IMG/VR virus record: IMGVR_UViG_3300032280_000753
Coordinates: 64,001-128,000 of that record
Source: a virus
Lineage: Duplodnaviria; Caudoviricetes
DNA: 64,000 nucleotides
Strand: one strand, 5' to 3'
Shown: one piece after another, positions 24,215-33,486 of the stretch
How positions within the stretch are numbered: the stretch's first letter is position 1
Layout: the number at the start of each line of letters is the position of its first letter
Translations under genes and position numbers: made by a program
The notes under the pieces: model-generated
Databases searched by the model: none
Told to the model about the DNA's origin: nothing
Seen by the model: only the letters and a program-made list of their open reading frames with translations

Positions 24215-24654
24215 CAGTAAACAATATCCGTGGTATCGCCGTTAGGCTTAATTAGCATCTTACCATACTGTTCCTCATTGATAGTATAATAAGCCTTTCG
24301 GATGCCATAGCTATGCAAAGCGTTTTCGCAAATAGGACACGGGCGAGCCATACCTGGACTACCATCAATCTTCTTACGCCGAGCGACAAAAATTTTACAA
24401 CCTCGGAGGTTAACCTTTCCACGAGCCTTGAGAATTGCATCCTGTTCTGCATGAGTAGAAAGACAAAAATCTCTGCCACGTCCTCGGGCAAGATCCGTAT
24501 AATGCTCTACAAAAGCGTTTGTATTAACCTTGTTAAATCCAACGGAAATTACCGATCCCCCTCGGATAATAATAGCCGCCAAATGATAGTCTGCCGCATT
24601 ATCATAACGATTGTCGGTGGCATACTGCATAGCAAGTCGCAAATATCTGTGCAT
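24214..24654 (-). CDS. zinc-dependent nucleoside/nucleotide deaminase (CDA superfamily)
   Basis: HAE and PCPIC motifs; AAIII....ISVGFN. Confidence 0.9.
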   Translation of the reverse strand: MHRYLRLAMQYATDNRYDNAADYHLAAIIIRGGSVISVGFNKVNTNAFVEHYTDLARGRGRDFCLSTHAEQDAILKARGKVNLRGCKIFVARRKKIDGSPGMARPCPICENALHSYGIRKAYYTINEEQYGKMLIKPNGDTTDIVY

Positions 24655-24660
24655 AAAGGT

Positions 24661-24689
24661 ATAATAACATATTATGAAGTTATTTTAAA
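24661..24689 (-). promoter_or_regulatory. sigma70-type promoter, leaderless geometry (deaminase)
   Basis: TTTAAA-17 nt-TATTAT-6 nt-ATG, extended TG. Confidence 0.7.
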
Positions 24690-24715
24690 CCAATATATCA
24701 GAGGGCAGGTTTTCT

Positions 24716-26452
24716 CTATTTCAAAATCCAGTCAAATTGTCGCCAATACGGATTGCGAAAATCTTGTGAGCCGCCGCCGTGTTTTTGAGCATCTTGCTTA
24801 TTTTTCATATCTTGGAAATTTGCATATTCTTTAACTCCATCGGAAGTCATGACCGGAGGAAGATTAACGTTATTTTGTCCGAATTGATTTCCTGTAGGCG
24901 ACATTGTGGTATTTGACTTACTCATACCGGCGAGCATTGCCATCGTTAACGCTTTATCATCCCATGCATTAACACCTGCTGCCTCATAGAGTGAGTTACC
25001 AATTGCTAAGGCTATAATCAAATCATCGTTATAACTTTTCATAGCCTGGGCTTTATTGTTCTTCCATACGAAGGTTTTAAATTCTTCTACGGTTCTGGAT
25101 GAATATATTTTAAGACGCCGAGTTCTTATTACCGTTTCAAGCTTTGCAAGAATTTCATCACGGTTCTTTGGACCTGTTGTAAAGCCTGGTAAATCACTGG
25201 CAATATCTGCCGTAGTATAACTCATATATGCATTACTACGATGAATTTTCTCGTAATATATGTTTGGATATTGTGCCTTCTTAATATCAGTAGCAACGAT
25301 AAGACCGAATGAATTAAGTTCTGGACATAAAAGGGCTTGGTTATATTTAAATCCCAAATCCATCATCAATTCTGATAATCTTTCTGGAGGGCACTTGCCC
25401 TGATATTCACAAACCACTTCATCGGTATTTGTATCTATAACATGAAGGGTAGAATAATCATCAGCATCGCCACGGGACACGTCTCCGGAGATAATATATT
25501 TATGTCCTGCTTCGGCATATTTCCAAATCCATACGTCGCCTCGATCTCCGTATGTAGCCACAGGAACTTTCATTTGACGTTCCATGTCCTCAATAACATC
25601 ACCTGACAAGAAGTTTTCACCAGATGCTGCGAACGAGCATAAAAGTTCTTGTGCTACGCCACGTTCACCTTTGGCTGGTAAAATCTCTGCTCTTTGAGCT
25701 TCGTACCATTCCTTATCTCTTTCTGGATGAACGGTCCAAGGAAGTTCTATGCGATAGAAGTTATTTTGTCCTTTACCGGGCAAAGGTTTTCCTTCTCCAT
25801 CTTCTCCATCTTTGGCTCCGACCCAAATCTTATGGAACAGAGTTCCTACGCCAGAAGGAGAAGAGATTAGAATGGCATTACCACCGGTAGATAGGGTAGG
25901 CCAAAGACCTAACCATAAATCATCAATACCATCAACGTGGGCAGCTTCGTCAATGATTAGCAAAGATAGAGCTTCAGAACGACCTGCGTCTGTGCCAGTT
26001 GGAACAGCTTGAACTTTTGAGCCATTAGAGAACTCAAGGTATCTGACGGAACGTGCTTTAATCTGGGGCATGACAAGCCATTTAGGAAGGCTATCATACA
26101 TTCCGTTTACCTTTTTAATAAAGTTTTTTGCAACTTCAAGACGAGTAGCGATAACGAGAATATTCTTTTCACGTTGAAACAAAGCCATCCAAAGAGAATA
26201 AGCCGCAGAGAGGGTTGATAGACCCAACTGACGGCTTTTGTTTGTGATTACGAAACGATGTGATTGGAAAGCTTTTAGGCAGTTATCCTGATATGGGAAA
26301 GTTTCAAAAGGAACTGGACCTTTAACTGGATGGGATATTTTAACGTATTTAGAAATAAAATAGGATGCGTCGGTGCCACAGCGCATGATTTCTTTCATCT
26401 GTGCGGCACGATTTGGAACAGTTCCTAACGTTAAATTCTTTTTAGCGGGCAT
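24716..26452 (-). CDS. terminase large subunit (T4 gp17-like)
   Basis: F..FPYQ, KSRQLGLST (Walker A), LLIIDEAA (Walker B), nuclease GDVSRG...DYS and DDLIIA motifs. Confidence 0.95.
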   Translation of the reverse strand: MPAKKNLTLGTVPNRAAQMKEIMRCGTDASYFISKYVKISHPVKGPVPFETFPYQDNCLKAFQSHRFVITNKSRQLGLSTLSAAYSLWMALFQREKNILVIATRLEVAKNFIKKVNGMYDSLPKWLVMPQIKARSVRYLEFSNGSKVQAVPTGTDAGRSEALSLLIIDEAAHVDGIDDLWLGLWPTLSTGGNAILISSPSGVGTLFHKIWVGAKDGEDGEGKPLPGKGQNNFYRIELPWTVHPERDKEWYEAQRAEILPAKGERGVAQELLCSFAASGENFLSGDVIEDMERQMKVPVATYGDRGDVWIWKYAEAGHKYIISGDVSRGDADDYSTLHVIDTNTDEVVCEYQGKCPPERLSELMMDLGFKYNQALLCPELNSFGLIVATDIKKAQYPNIYYEKIHRSNAYMSYTTADIASDLPGFTTGPKNRDEILAKLETVIRTRRLKIYSSRTVEEFKTFVWKNNKAQAMKSYNDDLIIALAIGNSLYEAAGVNAWDDKALTMAMLAGMSKSNTTMSPTGNQFGQNNVNLPPVMTSDGVKEYANFQDMKNKQDAQKHGGGSQDFRNPYWRQFDWILK

Positions 26453-26862
26453 CAGTCAACTTCTACAAGGCAACCAAAGCGATAGTATGCCTTGCGATTA
26501 CCGGTATAATTGTAATATGATATATATTCTATATCTTCTCCAACTGTTTCTTCTTCCAAGTTAAAGTTAGGAACTTTTTGACCTGGGAATTCTTTAGCAT
26601 AATTTTCTTTTACGTTTTTAAGAGCGGCTTCAATCATAGAAATGGCTTCTTGTCTATAACGAACCATTAGCTCTCGCATCATTGTATCGGAACCAAAGTT
26701 AACAATTGTAAGGTAACGGATTTTAATTAAGCCATCATCAAGTATGTCAAATTTAATTGATTGGGTTTGATACACCCTATTGTGATTGCTGCTATCTGCG
26801 CCAAAGCTTGTATTTAAGAGCCTTGATAGATTGATGAATTTTTGATAATCTTTAACAAGCAT
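26452..26862 (-). CDS. hypothetical protein
   Basis: 136-aa ORF coupled to the terminase. Confidence 0.75.
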   Translation of the reverse strand: MLVKDYQKFINLSRLLNTSFGADSSNHNRVYQTQSIKFDILDDGLIKIRYLTIVNFGSDTMMRELMVRYRQEAISMIEAALKNVKENYAKEFPGQKVPNFNLEEETVGEDIEYISYYNYTGNRKAYYRFGCLVEVD

Positions 26863-26891
26863 ATTTGCCTCTTTTTCTAATTAGAGCCCTT

Positions 26892-27185
26892 TCACCGGAA
26901 ACTTATTGGAGAACGAGCACTTATTCTTCTTATCTCTATATATTCATCCCACTCTTCCCAATCCGGCTCTGGAAGCTTTTCAGTTTCCCAATCTACACGC
27001 CGGTCGTTTGTCCATCTACCATCACAATGAGAACAAACTCCTACCTTACGATAAGAGATGCTATCTTCAATTGTTTTCATGGGATATTGACAAACTTTGC
27101 AAAATAGAGGAACTATATTGCTTGTGTCAGTAGGTTTAACAACAATAATCTTACCGTTATGTAAGCTTTCTATCTTCTTTTCCAT
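26892..27185 (-). CDS. small Zn-finger protein
   Basis: CKVC and CSHC pairs. Confidence 0.7.
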   Translation of the reverse strand: MEKKIESLHNGKIIVVKPTDTSNIVPLFCKVCQYPMKTIEDSISYRKVGVCSHCDGRWTNDRRVDWETEKLPEPDWEEWDEYIEIRRISARSPISFR

Positions 27186-27201
27186 AGAAGATATTATGTT
27201 G

Positions 27202-27552
27202 TCAATTGGTCTTTTTGTTTCCCCTCATTACAACCATAGGGTTTTCCTTTATAATCCAAAACTCTTTCTCTAATGGCGGTTCTTCTCCATCCTTGAACCA
27301 CATTAGCTTTCTTCCAGCCGTAGTCTTATATACCCCTATAATGGTTATCTCACCGGCATGAACGAGATCATGACAGGAATGACATATTACAGCAAGATTG
27401 TGATTATCATTTGTGGATCTTGGATCGCATTGAGGAATGATATGATGGAGATTTAATGCAGCACTCCTATCAAAGCTACATATCTCACATTTATCTTTGA
27501 CTAACTTTTCTTGACCAGTTTTTCTTCTTTGTTTCATAAATGGAAAACCCAA
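27202..27552 (-). CDS. HNH endonuclease-like protein
   Basis: CEIC...LHHII.....N...NLAVICHSCHDLVH; start uncertain. Confidence 0.85.
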   Translation of the reverse strand: MGFPFMKQRRKTGQEKLVKDKCEICSFDRSAALNLHHIIPQCDPRSTNDNHNLAVICHSCHDLVHAGEITIIGVYKTTAGRKLMWFKDGEEPPLEKEFWIIKENPMVVMRGNKKTN

Positions 27553-27576
27553 GAGACATTATATCCCTTGGGTCTT
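27544..27576 (-). terminator. probable intrinsic terminator
   Basis: ACCCAAG/CTTGGGT stem followed by TTT on the minus strand; TATAAT in the loop. Confidence 0.5.
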
Positions 27577-27599
27577 GAATTCTAACCTATATATCTTGT

Positions 27600-27926
27600 T
27601 CAGCGGTTTGTTTTCGTCTGTTGCTTCTGAATATTAAGAGCAATACGCTCGCAACCAAGAATGGTGCTTTGAAGAGAACCATCCGTATAAGCCTCGGTCA
27701 TTAGAGAACCCAACTCACGATGCGTATCAAGGTCAATATGCATACTAAGCTCATTTAGAATACGAGCAGCCTGGGTCCAAGTTTCCTCATTGTAACCCAT
27801 GCATAGGGTTTCTTGATAAACTGCAATAAGCTCCAAAGCACGATCTGATGGACTTATCCTACGAACGTTATTGTTGCGGTTATGGTTGAAGTTTCGGTTT
27901 TTCTTGAAGTTGTTGTTCTTAATCAT
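27600..27926 (-). CDS. hypothetical protein
   Basis: 108-aa ORF with Asn/Arg-rich N-terminus. Confidence 0.7.
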   Translation of the reverse strand: MIKNNNFKKNRNFNHNRNNNVRRISPSDRALELIAVYQETLCMGYNEETWTQAARILNELSMHIDLDTHRELGSLMTEAYTDGSLQSTILGCERIALNIQKQQTKTNR

Positions 27927-27962
27927 TTTTAAAAATCTTGTTAGAGGTTAATGTTTATAGGT

Positions 27963-28583
27963 TCAGAATTCAATTCCATCAACGTTAATTGTTTGATATG
28001 ATAACTCAACTGCGCCTTCGCTTGGCTCGGCTTTCTCATAAGCTGCGCTTCCAAAGTCAATACCTTGAATGCGAGCACCGCCAAATACCCATTCAGAACT
28101 AATGTTGCCCTTTTCATCAAGCCACTTAATAGAAACCTTAACTACATTCTTCTTACAGGCTTCAAATAACTGCTTATATGGATATAACTGATTTCCCTTG
28201 TCCGCTGGCATGGTGTAAAAATATACCATTACCGTGCTCTTCTCTTTAATAGATTGACTATTCTTGTGTTGAGCAAAAATAATCTTCGGTAACTCTACAT
28301 TCTTAATCCGAAATGCTTCTATACCTTCAAATTGAAGAACAAAACGATCTGTAAAAACTGGCGGGCCGTCAGCTTCACTTTCTTCTCCTTCTTCCTTTTC
28401 TTCAGAGGAACCCTTCTTATTCGTCTTCTTCTTTAGCTTTTCAAGATCCGTTGGAGGTCTTGGTTGAGGCTCTTCTTCAACTTCTTCTTCCTCTTCATCA
28501 ATTGGAGGAGGTGGAATGGTTACTGTTCTACCACGACTTCGTGGAACTCGGATTTGTGTCTTCTTTGTGTTAATTGCTGTCAT
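27963..28583 (-). CDS. tail-tube (gp19)-like domain with disordered acidic/Pro-rich N-terminus
   Basis: C-terminal RFVLQFEGI..F.IK.V.LP...LD..G.....W.F.GA.I..IDFG...Y......VELSY pattern. Confidence 0.6.
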   Translation of the reverse strand: MTAINTKKTQIRVPRSRGRTVTIPPPPIDEEEEEVEEEPQPRPPTDLEKLKKKTNKKGSSEEKEEGEESEADGPPVFTDRFVLQFEGIEAFRIKNVELPKIIFAQHKNSQSIKEKSTVMVYFYTMPADKGNQLYPYKQLFEACKKNVVKVSIKWLDEKGNISSEWVFGGARIQGIDFGSAAYEKAEPSEGAVELSYQTINVDGIEF

Positions 28584-31500
28584 ACTTCTACTTTCGATTC
28601 TAACCCGTCGTTGTAAATGTCTATAATCTTATCTGCTACTTCTTTAATTGGGTCTACGTGTGTTATAACAAGTATTGTGCGGAAATATGATTTGAACATG
28701 GTCAACAGATCCATACATTTTATCATACTATCTTGATCAAGAGAACCAAATCCTTCATCTATTATGAAGATATCTGGGCGAGATAGACTGGATAGATTGA
28801 TAAGAGCTACTCGTAGTGCAAGAGAACATATCATCTTTTCCATTCCAGATGCCAACTCAATAATCCGTCTTGAATGGCTATCTTCTATGTATACATCCAT
28901 TACATTAGAAGATATATCAGTTTCCAAACTTACTGTGAAATCAACAACACTATCCAATATCTTCGCCAATTCCATATTAATCGCTGGCATTTGTGTCTTT
29001 AACACCATCGCTGGTATGCCATTCTTGGAAAATGCTTGTTGAACCGTCTCATATATTTTAAGCTTTTCCAAGTCAGATTTACACTCAATACGATCTTTTG
29101 TTAAAAGTTTTAGTTTTTCGTTCTTTCCACCGAGAGAAACAAACAAATCCCTTTGTTCTCGCTCCCTTGCCTCAATATTTTCTACTATAACATCAAGCGT
29201 TAATTGCCTTTTTTCAAATTCCTTACGTTCGTTAGAAGATAGCAGATCGCCAATGGTCTTTTTTTCTCCTTCAAATTTCTCCAAAGTAGATTTAATAATG
29301 GATATTTCTTTCTCCCTAACGTTCTTATCGGAAATTATCTTGTTAAGCTTCGTCTCCAACTCATATTCAAGACGTGATGCCTTTTCGTCAAGCTTGAGAC
29401 TTTCTGCAATCTTTTCTTGAATTAGAACCTCTGTAATTCTATCAAGCTCTGCAATACTCTCCTGTAGCTCATTAACTTTATTTTCCTGATTTGGACGAAG
29501 CTTTTTGTCTGCGTGACTATCCTTGATGAAACGACACGTGGGAAAGCTGTCACCACAAGGAACTGTTTCAAGACGCTTAATAGACTTCTTTTGCTGTTCA
29601 AGAGTTTCAGTCTCTTTAACAAAGGATTGCTTAAGAGAAGATAGATCATTCTTTACACGATCAAGCTTTTCAAGCTTCTCATGCAATACCTTGATATCAT
29701 ACTTTGAACGGGTAGACTTAACATCATCTAATTCATTTTTGATATTGCGAACCGTATTATCATGTTCGTCTTCAAGACGCAATAGATATGCAAGGGTCTT
29801 TTCTTTAGCTTCAATATCATTCTTAAGCTCATTAAACCGAGTTAATGAAACCGTCTGCATGACACTTTGATGCTGCATCATCCACAAACGCAGTTCATCA
29901 CGCTCTTGTAGATTGCTCTGCTGCTGTGATTGAATACTGGAAATCTTCTTTTCAATTTCTTCTACTTCTTGATGCCCACGCTTAAGAGCAGATGCCCAAT
30001 CAAAACCGATATACTTCTTGGTCTTCTCTGTTAGAACAGAATAATCATCCTTAGCATACACGTTGAGTTTATCAAAAAGCTCCAGGTCAAGGAAACGAGA
30101 CAGAATAGCCTTTCTCTGTGTGGCACCTTCTTCAATAAACTTATTTATGCCGCCCTGATTTGACAAAGCAGTCATAAGAAAATCTTGAGGTTGACCAACA
30201 AGCTTTCGGATCTCTCTATCGGTTTCATCTCTGGAAATAGAGTTCTTCTCTGTAAGAGTTCCATCCATTTCAATCTTATAAAGGTTAAGACTGGTTACTG
30301 TCTTATCATCATCCTTCTTTGTAGCCTTCTTTGGAGTATTGCGGATCGTTTCTCTCTTAACGAGATAATCTTCTCCGCCTACAGAGAACGTTAGTTCAGC
30401 AGAACAATGCTTCTTATTTTTGTTAATGATATGAGCGCCCTTAAGCGGTCCTCTGTCCGTAGTATTGAATAGAGCATACATGATAGCCGCAATGATAGAG
30501 CTCTTTCCAATCTTGTTGGGACCAAAGATACCAACAATACCTTCAAGTCCTGCAAAGTCTACTTGATTACCTTCCCCATAACGGAAAATGTTATCAAACT
30601 TAAGCTTCTTTAGGGACCAAGATACATCACGAACAGCATTGTCAATGTCTTCTTGGTTAAGACGATTGAGATAGCTACGAATGACCGTAGAAGCCTCTAC
30701 AAGCTGCTCTTCGTTTAGGACATAGCTTTCCTTGTGCGCTTCGACAAACTCTCTGTAAAGCCGGATTAGGGCGTCAGGATCGTTACGTAGATTGTTCTTG
30801 AGAACTTGTTCTCCAGTTGTTTCAATCGTTTCCATCCGATTGATAAGATCATATTTGTATACAACCTCAGAAGCACCCTTGTGCTCCTTAAGCTCATTCA
30901 AAAGTTGACGAGCCTCAACCTGCTGAATAGGTTGATTGCTAATAATACGAAAACGACTGCCTGGAATATATGAACGTTCCTTACGCTCTTTTTCGATAGA
31001 GCGCAAAGTTGTATTTACCGTTCCAGCCCAATTAACCGAAACATATGGTGCTCTATTCTCATGCTCATGGAACTCAACGTCCCATTCCTTCTCGTTCTTA
31101 ATATCCCAAACAAGAAATCCCTTTGTTTCCGCTTCACCAAAGTTCTGCTGAATAAATGAACCGGGATATCCAACCCATGGCTTAGGGGTGCCCTTCTTGT
31201 CCAAACGGTAAGCAAGAAACTGTTGCTTATGAATATCACCAAGCATTGTGAAATCCATTCCTGTAAAGAATGAAACATCACGTTCACCATGCTCCATCTT
31301 CCATTCCGTGTCCGTCTTGCAGCCACTAATAGAACCGTGAAACAAAGCAATATTAACCTTGTCTTGAATTGGCTTAATAGCCTTCCAACCATCTTCGTCA
31401 AATGGTGAAAATACGTGAAGAGCAAAACGATTACTCCCCTTCACATCACGGGGAAGAGGATACGTTCCTGACTTCTTAAAAAGATAAGCGTCTGAATGAT

Positions 31501-31810
31501 TGATAGCCTCATGAATTGGTGAAATGATATCCTGACGATCAGAGTTGGTTAGATTGCCGTCATGATTACCAAGAATTGTAATAGATGGAGCGATATCAGC
31601 AAGGCTACGAAACATCCATGAAAGCTTCTCAATAACCTCGGGCGTAATCCCTTGGGTCTTCGTATGGAATGTATCTCCAGTATTAATGATAAGGTCAGGC
31701 TTAATCCTACGCCGGAGAGTATCAAAAAGTCTTTCAAAGCTTTCTGTATATTCGTCATGACGAGCAATACCACGCCAATGGATATCCGAAATCTGAACTA
31801 TTTTTGTCAT
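28580..31810 (-). CDS. fused Mre11/SbcD nuclease - Rad50/SbcC ATPase (gp47-gp46-like)
   Basis: SDIH, GDTFH, GNHD, FHG and GDIH phosphoesterase motifs; GPNKIGKSS, coiled coil, ASGME and IIDEGFG ABC motifs. Confidence 0.93.
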   Translation of the reverse strand: MTKIVQISDIHWRGIARHDEYTESFERLFDTLRRRIKPDLIINTGDTFHTKTQGITPEVIEKLSWMFRSLADIAPSITILGNHDGNLTNSDRQDIISPIHEAINHSDAYLFKKSGTYPLPRDVKGSNRFALHVFSPFDEDGWKAIKPIQDKVNIALFHGSISGCKTDTEWKMEHGERDVSFFTGMDFTMLGDIHKQQFLAYRLDKKGTPKPWVGYPGSFIQQNFGEAETKGFLVWDIKNEKEWDVEFHEHENRAPYVSVNWAGTVNTTLRSIEKERKERSYIPGSRFRIISNQPIQQVEARQLLNELKEHKGASEVVYKYDLINRMETIETTGEQVLKNNLRNDPDALIRLYREFVEAHKESYVLNEEQLVEASTVIRSYLNRLNQEDIDNAVRDVSWSLKKLKFDNIFRYGEGNQVDFAGLEGIVGIFGPNKIGKSSIIAAIMYALFNTTDRGPLKGAHIINKNKKHCSAELTFSVGGEDYLVKRETIRNTPKKATKKDDDKTVTSLNLYKIEMDGTLTEKNSISRDETDREIRKLVGQPQDFLMTALSNQGGINKFIEEGATQRKAILSRFLDLELFDKLNVYAKDDYSVLTEKTKKYIGFDWASALKRGHQEVEEIEKKISSIQSQQQSNLQERDELRLWMMQHQSVMQTVSLTRFNELKNDIEAKEKTLAYLLRLEDEHDNTVRNIKNELDDVKSTRSKYDIKVLHEKLEKLDRVKNDLSSLKQSFVKETETLEQQKKSIKRLETVPCGDSFPTCRFIKDSHADKKLRPNQENKVNELQESIAELDRITEVLIQEKIAESLKLDEKASRLEYELETKLNKIISDKNVREKEISIIKSTLEKFEGEKKTIGDLLSSNERKEFEKRQLTLDVIVENIEAREREQRDLFVSLGGKNEKLKLLTKDRIECKSDLEKLKIYETVQQAFSKNGIPAMVLKTQMPAINMELAKILDSVVDFTVSLETDISSNVMDVYIEDSHSRRIIELASGMEKMICSLALRVALINLSSLSRPDIFIIDEGFGSLDQDSMIKCMDLLTMFKSYFRTILVITHVDPIKEVADKIIDIYNDGLESKVEV

Positions 31811-31814
31811 TCTT

Positions 31815-32819
31815 TTATGCCTTTAGTAATTTTGATATCTTTGCCCTTAGCAAATAGTCCTTACTAAATGGTGTAACATTTCCTAATAACGAGTTAAACT
31901 GACTTTGCGTTAGCTCTCCAACATCTTTATATGGCGCAGGAATATCCATAATAGATACTGATATATCATATTCACTTAACATATCAGCAATCTTAAGAAC
32001 CTTATCTTTTGCGTCTGGATCTAATGCCAATATCACAGGCGTCTTATGTTTGGCTAACATAAGAAATAACTTATAATCTGTAGTTAAATCAGAACCTAAA
32101 AGACAAGTGGCATTTGAATTGCATTTAATAAGATCAAATGGTCCCTCAACTATAGTCAATGGCTCATTCCAATTAATATTAATCTCGTTAAATATAACGT
32201 CCTCTCTATGAACATTAGGATTTAAATATTTCGGATTAACATCAGCATATGATCTTCCAGTAAAATAATTTAAATCACCTTCAATAGAAAACGATGGCAT
32301 AATCACACGATTAACAAAAGCCCTATCCTCTATTGCAATTCCAAACTTCCAATACCAAAGATTGGAAGGATCAAGGTCTTTGGCTTCTATACCAAATCTA
32401 TAAGCAATATAACTAATGGCTGACCGATAACTAATTTCCATCTTCATATCGGTATTCGGCAAAGCTAATAGCTGAAACCCATTTGGAAGCTTAAACTCAA
32501 CCTCTGTAACAATCTTATTGTTATTGGCGTTATTCAACTTAAGCTGTTGAGTGCCAACAAATCTATTCAGATATTCTGCAAAATAACCGGAATGAAATCT
32601 GCGAATAAGATCAGCAAGATTACGAGACTTATAATTGCAAATCCAACAATGCAAAGCAAAGTTATCTGTTCTTATTGCAAGCTTACGCTTGTTATAAAAT
32701 GAACCATTCTTTTGCGTGCAGATGGGACAAGAAACCGATATGTTAGCACCTTGGTTCGATAGAGTTCCAGATCCAAAGACCTTTTCAATAAACTCTATAG
32801 CCTGACCTCTGGTATACAT
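31815..32819 (-). CDS. DNA primase (Zn-ribbon plus TOPRIM)
   Basis: CPIC...HCWIC, RVIMP, GR, KYLNP, IVEGPFD, LDPDA and KDVGE motifs. Confidence 0.9.
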   Translation of the reverse strand: MYTRGQAIEFIEKVFGSGTLSNQGANISVSCPICTQKNGSFYNKRKLAIRTDNFALHCWICNYKSRNLADLIRRFHSGYFAEYLNRFVGTQQLKLNNANNNKIVTEVEFKLPNGFQLLALPNTDMKMEISYRSAISYIAYRFGIEAKDLDPSNLWYWKFGIAIEDRAFVNRVIMPSFSIEGDLNYFTGRSYADVNPKYLNPNVHREDVIFNEININWNEPLTIVEGPFDLIKCNSNATCLLGSDLTTDYKLFLMLAKHKTPVILALDPDAKDKVLKIADMLSEYDISVSIMDIPAPYKDVGELTQSQFNSLLGNVTPFSKDYLLRAKISKLLKA

Positions 32820-32820
32820 A

Positions 32821-33435
32821 TCACTTCTTCTTTCGTTGCTCTTTAGGAGTGTCCTTTAATATTTTTATCGTTCCCGATCCCGTTCGTCCATACAAGTTAT
32901 GAGCTCTCCAAACAAACCAAGCATATTCAATACTATCAGTTCCTTTACCGTTGAATGACGGACGATTTGGTAGAACATAGATATCTGGCGTGTGTTCTCG
33001 GAGATAATCTGACCGCTCACCGCTACCCATGAAGTTAAGTCGTAATAACATGCATACATACTCTGGCTCCAACTCTATTGATTTCTTTATAAACTCTAAT
33101 GCCTTTGAGAACGGTGGGTTAGTAATAACTACATTAAACTCTTTATTTAATCCCGTCTCGAAGAAGCTTTCCATGTGGACTTGACTTGGGTCTACCAAGG
33201 CTTCTAAATCGCTTTTAAACTTATCCTGTAGTTCAGATGCGGTCCATGTGAGCGGACGCTTATAAGACTTGTTTACAGCCCGTATAACGGCTCCATCTCC
33301 AGCAGCAGGTTCTAACCACTTACCAGAAGGCAAAGACAACTCATCCAATAAACGATTAACACACCAATCAGGCGTTGGATAGTAATCGTTATCTATACGG
33401 TTCTTAGAATTTTTTTTAGTTGATGACATAATCAA
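32821..33435 (-). CDS. DNA amino-methyltransferase (N6-adenine type)
   Basis: DYYPTP, LEPAAGDG and ITNPPF motifs. Confidence 0.9.
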   Translation of the reverse strand: MIMSSTKKNSKNRIDNDYYPTPDWCVNRLLDELSLPSGKWLEPAAGDGAVIRAVNKSYKRPLTWTASELQDKFKSDLEALVDPSQVHMESFFETGLNKEFNVVITNPPFSKALEFIKKSIELEPEYVCMLLRLNFMGSGERSDYLREHTPDIYVLPNRPSFNGKGTDSIEYAWFVWRAHNLYGRTGSGTIKILKDTPKEQRKKK

Positions 33436-33486
33436 GGATTTAGTAGCATTCCACTACGGCAAATAATCCAACTATCTGCCATATTT

